Origin: an uncultured Candidatus Poseidoniales archaeon
GTDB lineage: Archaea > Thermoplasmatota > Poseidoniia > Poseidoniales > CAYMED01
Length of the DNA: 64,000 bases
Assembly: GCA_964389655.1 (NCBI GenBank)
Contig: CAYMED010000013.1
Coordinates: 1 to 64,000 of the forward strand
Direction of reading: 5' to 3'
Shown: positions 58,554 to 64,000 of the stretch, one piece after another
Layout of the letters: each line of letters starts with the position of its first letter
How positions within the stretch are numbered: the stretch's first letter is position 1
Program-made: the position numbers and the translations under genes
The notes under the pieces: generated by a model
The model's database searches: none
Told to the model about the DNA's origin: nothing
What the model saw: the letters and a program-made list of their open reading frames with translations, nothing else

Positions 58554-59426
58554 TCAGAGCGTGAAGCACTCTCCCATTATGCCAATTCCCCATCCATGAG
58601 ATTTCACCTTTGCTCTCTCAGTACTCTCTGGATCGTGTAGAGGATTCGTGTGATTCAAATGGATGAAGCGGATGTCGGGGTCGTTTGGTACTTTTTCTCC
58701 TAAGAGTGCCAATGTGTCCTCCACAAAGGGGTGTGGTATCTCAGATAGGTCTCTATCGATTATCTCATCACGACTCCAAAATGTTCCATCGATAAGCGCA
58801 ATATCGATATTCATGGCTAAAAGCCATTCTCGCAGACGTGTTCCTCCTATGACCTCGTCCCATCGATCAAGGTCGGGCATAAACAAGAGGTTTTGAGTTG
58901 TACCTTGAATGAGAAGTGCGTGATTATCTGATAATTCAGCCCTATGGGCTACTGGAACTGGAACTACCCTAAATCCGCAATTCGGGCTGGGCTCAAAACT
59001 AGAATTTGCAGACCACACGTTGAGCTGTATGGCACCCTGTTCAAGCATTATCTTCCAAACTGGGTTTTTCTCAATCAATTTCGCTAGGGATTGGCTACAA
59101 TGAACCACCATACCTTGTGAGTTCATGACTTCACGACCAAATAAGCCAAGTCCATCGATATGGCCTAAGTGCGCATGTGTGAGGCAGAGACTGGATATGG
59201 GTCTCGAACCTAGATCCTTCCAAATCTCAAACTGACGCCCCATCTCCCTACTTGCTTCGATCAGATGAGGTGAACCATCACTGCCAATGATTCCAAGAGC
59301 CACTGGATAACTGGCAAGATGGGTTTTATCTCGAACTCGCATGCAACATGTTTTGAAACAACCGACTTGAGGAAATCCGCCATCTTGCGCTGAACCCAAC
59401 AAAGTAACTCTTACGACTGGATTCAC
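58554..59426 (-). CDS. PqqB/PhnP-like metallo-beta-lactamase-fold hydrolase
   Basis: LGSAQDGGFPQVGC...CC, THAHLGH, DGTFW, FIHLNHTNP. Confidence 0.82.
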   Translation of the reverse strand: MNPVVRVTLLGSAQDGGFPQVGCFKTCCMRVRDKTHLASYPVALGIIGSDGSPHLIEASREMGRQFEIWKDLGSRPISSLCLTHAHLGHIDGLGLFGREVMNSQGMVVHCSQSLAKLIEKNPVWKIMLEQGAIQLNVWSANSSFEPSPNCGFRVVPVPVAHRAELSDNHALLIQGTTQNLLFMPDLDRWDEVIGGTRLREWLLAMNIDIALIDGTFWSRDEIIDRDLSEIPHPFVEDTLALLGEKVPNDPDIRFIHLNHTNPLHDPESTERAKVKSHGWGIGIMGECFTL

Positions 59427-59489
59427 AACCTAGGGGGGAAAGGTATCTGCCATGAATCCTCGGAACCAGTATGTTGTTGGATACTAGAT

Positions 59490-62102
59490 TTACTGTGTCT
59501 TTAGACGAAGCCGTGTTTCAGCAATAAATGAGAGCAGATAGATGGATCCGATCCATAGTGCTGACCTTCGAATGAATGATTCGCCCCCTAATCCCCTAAG
59601 TGCTTGATCAAGAGTGACATCACCTGCAAGAGTTGTTAGTGCAATGATGAGTGCAAAGAAAAGCAATGTTACAAAATCAAGGCACCAGCGCATCCCTGCA
59701 AGAACTTGGCGGCTTGATGTTTGCATTTGCTTGAACTCTGATTCACTGATCATTGATGTCAGTCCCGAGACCCCCGCTTTAAGTCGTCCAAGAAGGGTGA
59801 TGTCTTTTTGGATCACCAATCTCCCGAGCCGGAATCTGTTAACAAGTTCAATGACTATGAAAAGCCAAACCCACACTAGGGCAACTTCGAGGAGTAAATC
59901 AGCGCCATGAAGGTTTAACCCTTGAGAACGGCTACTCCACCAAAACAGAATTGCCAACCATATGGCTAAGCCATATTGTATTTGGCGAGCGAATTTTCCA
60001 ATTTTCTCTTGCATCTTTGCGTCGTGTCCAAGAAATGCTTCAAGGGCAATGATGAGTAAAACACCTCCCGTGATTACAACTCCGAGTAGCAATATCCACC
60101 AATCTAGGGCACCAGATTGCCATTCAAGCAGCAAAGCAATCATAGTCCAGGCAAGAACAATCGCTGATGCGAGATTCGTTGCACCTTGCATGATGTATAG
60201 CGGGTCAGAACCATCTTTGAGCACAGATAACCCCCCCATTAGGCGCACCTCAAATGCATCATCTTGTGTATCTACACCTGCTGCCGCTGCCGCCATCGCC
60301 CCTCCAGCTGCGACAATGGATTTTGGAGCAGTGGGCTCTGGCGTACTGGCTGCGCGCTTTGTCTTTGGAGAGGCCGCTTTTTCTTCAGCCCAAGCGCGTA
60401 CAACATCAGTCGTGTGTTGTTCAACATCATCTTCTGAAAGTGGGGCGCCATGATCTGTATACAACCACCTACATTGCAATGGCAATGGGTCAGGGGACAC
60501 ATCAGGTGCAATCAATTGAAACTGACCGGCAGATAATGTTGGTAAGTCCTCAACAAGACTAAGGTCACTTCCACCAACTTTGAGCAAATCTCTGACGCGA
60601 TCAATGTCTTGTGGCTGATTGAAGCGCCCAACACATAGAGTGTTGGCTTGAGCAAGTATTTTGTAATCCACATCTGAGACATTTTGGGTAGCGAGTACAC
60701 AAGCAACACCATATTTCCGAGCCTGCTTGAAGATCAATTTGACAAGATCCTTCGCAGGCGGGTTGCGTGGGTGAGGTGGAAGGTAAGGAGCAACTTCATC
60801 CATGAAGAAAAGAAGGTTAAGGACACCATCTGATGCTTGTTGACGCAACATCCAATCATACAGTGCTCTTGCAATCTCCTGCACAAAATACTGCTTTTGC
60901 GCATCAGATTGTATTGTGTTTAGGTATACAACATTGATTGGGACCTTTCCATCTTCAGCAGGTTCACAAATCGCGTCAATATCAATGGCTACTCCATTTG
61001 AAAACAACAATTGGTTTACTCCAGAACTATATGCGGAAATCCGTCGTGATGCTTCTTCTCGGCGAGCCTTTGGCAGCATTGATTCAAAATCAGGCAGATT
61101 GTAATCCGCTGAGATGTCATCCCAAGTAGGCGCCTCATTTTCTTCATCGAAAACGGGCATTAGTTGTTCGATAAATGCGTAGTGAGGATCCCGGATCGCT
61201 TTCGCAAGACTTTGGAAATCCCCGACGTTCAAGCCTAGGCGATGTGCATGGGTAATGATTTCATAGAGTGCTGATTTGACCTGTTTTCCATCAGCCTTTT
61301 CAAGGTCATAATCGGCTAGGGTTGTGAATCCAGCAGCGATCATATCCCATGCAGTAATGCTTTCTTCTGTATCCAAGCCTTCGGGTGGTAATTCAAAGGG
61401 GTCGATGCACATTGGAATTCCCTTTGACCGCAGAGGTGTCCAAATACGAACTTCTGCAGAATCAGCAAAAGCTTGTGCGCGCTTTGCATCACCTTCCTTT
61501 TCTGCAAGCTCTCCGAGATCCGCTCTAAGGCACAGGCGAGCAATATCGCCTTGAGGATCAAGAATAAGGCTTGGAATTCCAGCTATCGTTGCTTCCTCGA
61601 TGAGTGCCTTGGCCATGACCGTTTTTCCAGATCCTGTTGACCCAAGCATTGCGGCATGTCTTGCCAATACAGAAGGATCAATGCGAATATCTGAACCATC
61701 ATCACGGTGTGATCCAAGAAGCATTCCCTGTGTAACTTCCTTGTTCTCCCCGACAACCTCGTTAGATTGACTCGGAGAAGAAGAGGGTTCGTCTTCAACT
61801 ACGATGGATTCAGTTGTGTCGGGCAGGTGAGTTGAATCACCTTTACCGGCATCACTCTCAACCGATTCATCTTCATCATGGTCGATTTCCTCTGTTTCTT
61901 TGGCTTCATCATCTTCGTAACTTGCATCAGATTCAGTGTCATTAGAGGTTTCTTCATCAGTATCTTCGCTGCGAAGTGCATCGATTTGGTCTTGACTCCA
62001 GCCGACTTCAAGCAATTGTTCATCAGTGTAAATATTCATGTCAGATGCCATATCCGTACTCGCTTCGGGCGCACCCTCGGCTCCATTCTCTTCATCCGTC
62101 AT
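59490..62102 (-). CDS. HerA/FtsK-superfamily (DUF87/DUF853-like) ATPase with C-terminal multi-TM domain
   Basis: HAAMLGSTGSGKT, ILDPQGD, FFMDE, ARKYGV..VLATQ; about 6 C-terminal TM. Confidence 0.85.
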   Translation of the reverse strand: MTDEENGAEGAPEASTDMASDMNIYTDEQLLEVGWSQDQIDALRSEDTDEETSNDTESDASYEDDEAKETEEIDHDEDESVESDAGKGDSTHLPDTTESIVVEDEPSSSPSQSNEVVGENKEVTQGMLLGSHRDDGSDIRIDPSVLARHAAMLGSTGSGKTVMAKALIEEATIAGIPSLILDPQGDIARLCLRADLGELAEKEGDAKRAQAFADSAEVRIWTPLRSKGIPMCIDPFELPPEGLDTEESITAWDMIAAGFTTLADYDLEKADGKQVKSALYEIITHAHRLGLNVGDFQSLAKAIRDPHYAFIEQLMPVFDEENEAPTWDDISADYNLPDFESMLPKARREEASRRISAYSSGVNQLLFSNGVAIDIDAICEPAEDGKVPINVVYLNTIQSDAQKQYFVQEIARALYDWMLRQQASDGVLNLLFFMDEVAPYLPPHPRNPPAKDLVKLIFKQARKYGVACVLATQNVSDVDYKILAQANTLCVGRFNQPQDIDRVRDLLKVGGSDLSLVEDLPTLSAGQFQLIAPDVSPDPLPLQCRWLYTDHGAPLSEDDVEQHTTDVVRAWAEEKAASPKTKRAASTPEPTAPKSIVAAGGAMAAAAAGVDTQDDAFEVRLMGGLSVLKDGSDPLYIMQGATNLASAIVLAWTMIALLLEWQSGALDWWILLLGVVITGGVLLIIALEAFLGHDAKMQEKIGKFARQIQYGLAIWLAILFWWSSRSQGLNLHGADLLLEVALVWVWLFIVIELVNRFRLGRLVIQKDITLLGRLKAGVSGLTSMISESEFKQMQTSSRQVLAGMRWCLDFVTLLFFALIIALTTLAGDVTLDQALRGLGGESFIRRSALWIGSIYLLSFIAETRLRLKTQ

Positions 62103-62168
62103 ACGAATTCAAAATGAGGGTGCAAACATGATCTTGTTGGATAGATTATTTCTCCAATGTTGAACTAT

Positions 62169-64000
62169 TTAGGCCAAATTTCGCTTTCTCTGTCGCATTA
62201 TGGCTATAGCGGCACCACAGATGAAAAGGACAACGAGGGCCCCAAATACTGCAATGATAATTGACAATGTGCTGGTCTTCATTCCTAATAACGATCCTTT
62301 GTCTGAATTGGTTGAATTTACGGATTGATTCCCATCTGTAAACAATTCTGCGGATCCACAACGCGTTTCTTCTCCATCAGGAATACCATTTGCATTTGCA
62401 TCCAGTTCGCGTACGACATATTTGACATCGATCCCTATTGCAACTGCCCAAGCCTGCTCAATAGAATCGCTAATACAATCCCCATCCGTATCAAATGACC
62501 GGGGGTTTGAACCGATTCGATATTCATCCCATGCATCTAACCCATCACCATCGTGATCTGTTTCATTCTCAGTTTGATTGAATATTTGATCAACCGCATG
62601 AGTGCGGTTGAATCCATGCTCAATTTCCCAATAATCTGGCAAATGATCCCCATCTGAATCAGTTTGATTGTCGAGGCGGTACCAATCATCCTCAAACTGA
62701 ACCGCATACCAATCATGAAGGTCTTGGGAACGTATGGCCAAGCCGTATTCTCGATTACGTAACATCGAGGATGAACCCCAATTGATTGACGAAATCAGGC
62801 TCCATTCACCATCAATCAACATTCCTTTGTCATGTAACTTTGTGATTTGTTCGGAAGGGCTCATCAGAATTGCTGTTGCATCTAAGCCACCACTTCGATT
62901 CCACTCATCATTAAACATTGTCAATGCCTCATTCAGTCTTGGATCCGTGAGATAATAGCCATTGAGGACGAGCCGTAAACGAACTCCCCGTACTGCAGCA
63001 TCGTGTAATGCAGAGATGACCGGATTGGTCCCCCAACCATTATCCCAATCTGGGTCGAGATATTGAAGGCTCAAATCAATCGATTTAGAAGCATTATCTA
63101 TTAATTCGACTAGGCCAGTTACACAGTCATCTGGGCATGTGAGAAGACGGCCATCAGCAGACCCATCTGAAATTAAGGTTGTATTTCTCTGGCCGATGCG
63201 CAGATAATCTGCAGTGGGCCTTTCCCACCCATTGGGCCGATTTGTTTCGGGATCAGAGGGGTCAAATGGATTTGAATAGAGATTTGACGTCTTTGCATCC
63301 CATGCCAAACGAGCTGAGACCAATGTGCTTAATTCAGCAGATTCGATGATCAATCCCCGCTCTCGGTTTCCACTTCGACCATCGTACGGGAAGGAAGAAT
63401 GCTTCCAATTCCCTGATCCAATCCACACACTTTCAGCATCTCGCACGCCAATTTTGGCGTGAAGATAAGTGTATGGCGCAGCAGGGAGGTTTTCACCTTT
63501 GGGCGCACCAATCCAGAGAACGTGTGCACCAGCATCGTGTAAATCTGCAGCCATCCCACGAATTTGGAGTAGGTCTTCTAGTTCATCGAGAGGATCTTCT
63601 TCAAGGAGTATCGTAACATTGACTCCTGCCGAAACCCGTCCAATAAGTGCATCGACGATTTCTGCACCCATCAACTCATACATGGCAACACTGAGATTGA
63701 ATTGGGCATTTTCGATCCAATCAATTAGAGGGCCAAGTGAGGGCGTGTTAGGCGCAGCCATAGGCAAAAATTGAGCCGGGCCTGAAAATCCCCCGCCATC
63801 ACAGAACTGAGATGCACCAAGCCTCGACCATCTGTATTCCCAATCAGGAGCTGAATCGGTGTCGGGTCCGGTTCCACAGCCAGTTCCACGTGAAAGAACT
63901 AGGCCCTCAATTGCAGTCCCTGGGAGTTGAATGGATCGTCCATTCCATCCCTCTACCTGTTCTTCAGTTTCCCCGTATGCAACTGTATCGATCACACGGC
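62169..64000 (-). CDS. Membrane-anchored surface phospholipase D-family protein with two HKD motifs; 5' end lies outside the window
   Basis: LHAKIGVRD+GSGNW, LHDKGMLID+SSINW, DxDGD repeats, C-terminal TM followed by RQRKR. Confidence 0.88.
   Translation of the reverse strand, partial: RVIDTVAYGETEEQVEGWNGRSIQLPGTAIEGLVLSRGTGCGTGPDTDSAPDWEYRWSRLGASQFCDGGGFSGPAQFLPMAAPNTPSLGPLIDWIENAQFNLSVAMYELMGAEIVDALIGRVSAGVNVTILLEEDPLDELEDLLQIRGMAADLHDAGAHVLWIGAPKGENLPAAPYTYLHAKIGVRDAESVWIGSGNWKHSSFPYDGRSGNRERGLIIESAELSTLVSARLAWDAKTSNLYSNPFDPSDPETNRPNGWERPTADYLRIGQRNTTLISDGSADGRLLTCPDDCVTGLVELIDNASKSIDLSLQYLDPDWDNGWGTNPVISALHDAAVRGVRLRLVLNGYYLTDPRLNEALTMFNDEWNRSGGLDATAILMSPSEQITKLHDKGMLIDGEWSLISSINWGSSSMLRNREYGLAIRSQDLHDWYAVQFEDDWYRLDNQTDSDGDHLPDYWEIEHGFNRTHAVDQIFNQTENETDHDGDGLDAWDEYRIGSNPRSFDTDGDCISDSIEQAWAVAIGIDVKYVVRELDANANGIPDGEETRCGSAELFTDGNQSVNSTNSDKGSLLGMKTSTLSIIIAVFGALVVLFICGAAIAIMRQRKRNLA

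Noticed and set aside
59490-64000. HerA + PLD as an anti-phage defence pair
   Set aside because: The PLD appears extracellular and TM-anchored with Ca repeats, and the context is housekeeping rather than a defence island

Overview
This is a gene-dense (~54 CDS), mid-GC archaeal chromosome segment. The archaeal call rests on archaeal-type PheS, archaeosine transglycosylase TgtA, CTP-dependent riboflavin kinase, a DRG GTPase and a DUF835 protein. Many secreted or membrane-anchored Ca-binding DxDxDG proteins, an S8 protease and an AlkB-like enzyme point to Thermoplasmatota, most likely Marine Group II (Ca. Poseidoniales); this is inferred from gene content, not from a search. The window holds a lipid/carotenoid-like block (alkB-like, SRPBCC-TIGR01777, ABC1 kinase, crtI-like, ABA4-like), pheS, acs, folD, tatC, nnr, citrate synthase, kbl, ribK, truA, tgtA, a four-gene ABC exporter, an nfu-sufCBDS-sufT locus, tRNA-Thr(UGU) and large surface proteins (PPC/CARDB, PNGase F, PLD). 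I saw no CRISPR array, rRNA, integrase or transposase. Best leads: (1) a bacterial-DnaA-type AAA+ ATPase without a DNA-binding domain, in an apparent operon with a DUF2226-like/DUF835 protein; (2) a circularly permuted GDPD; (3) an ABC1-kinase/CrtI/ABA4 operon; (4) a TgtA lacking all four Zn ligands; (5) a ~600-bp foreign insert ending in a truncated cysC start; (6) a C-terminally membrane-anchored HerA/FtsK ATPase downstream of a surface PLD; (7) two neighbouring genes with a duplicated promoter and N-terminus but different membrane domains. All family calls come from reading motifs by eye; no database searches were run.
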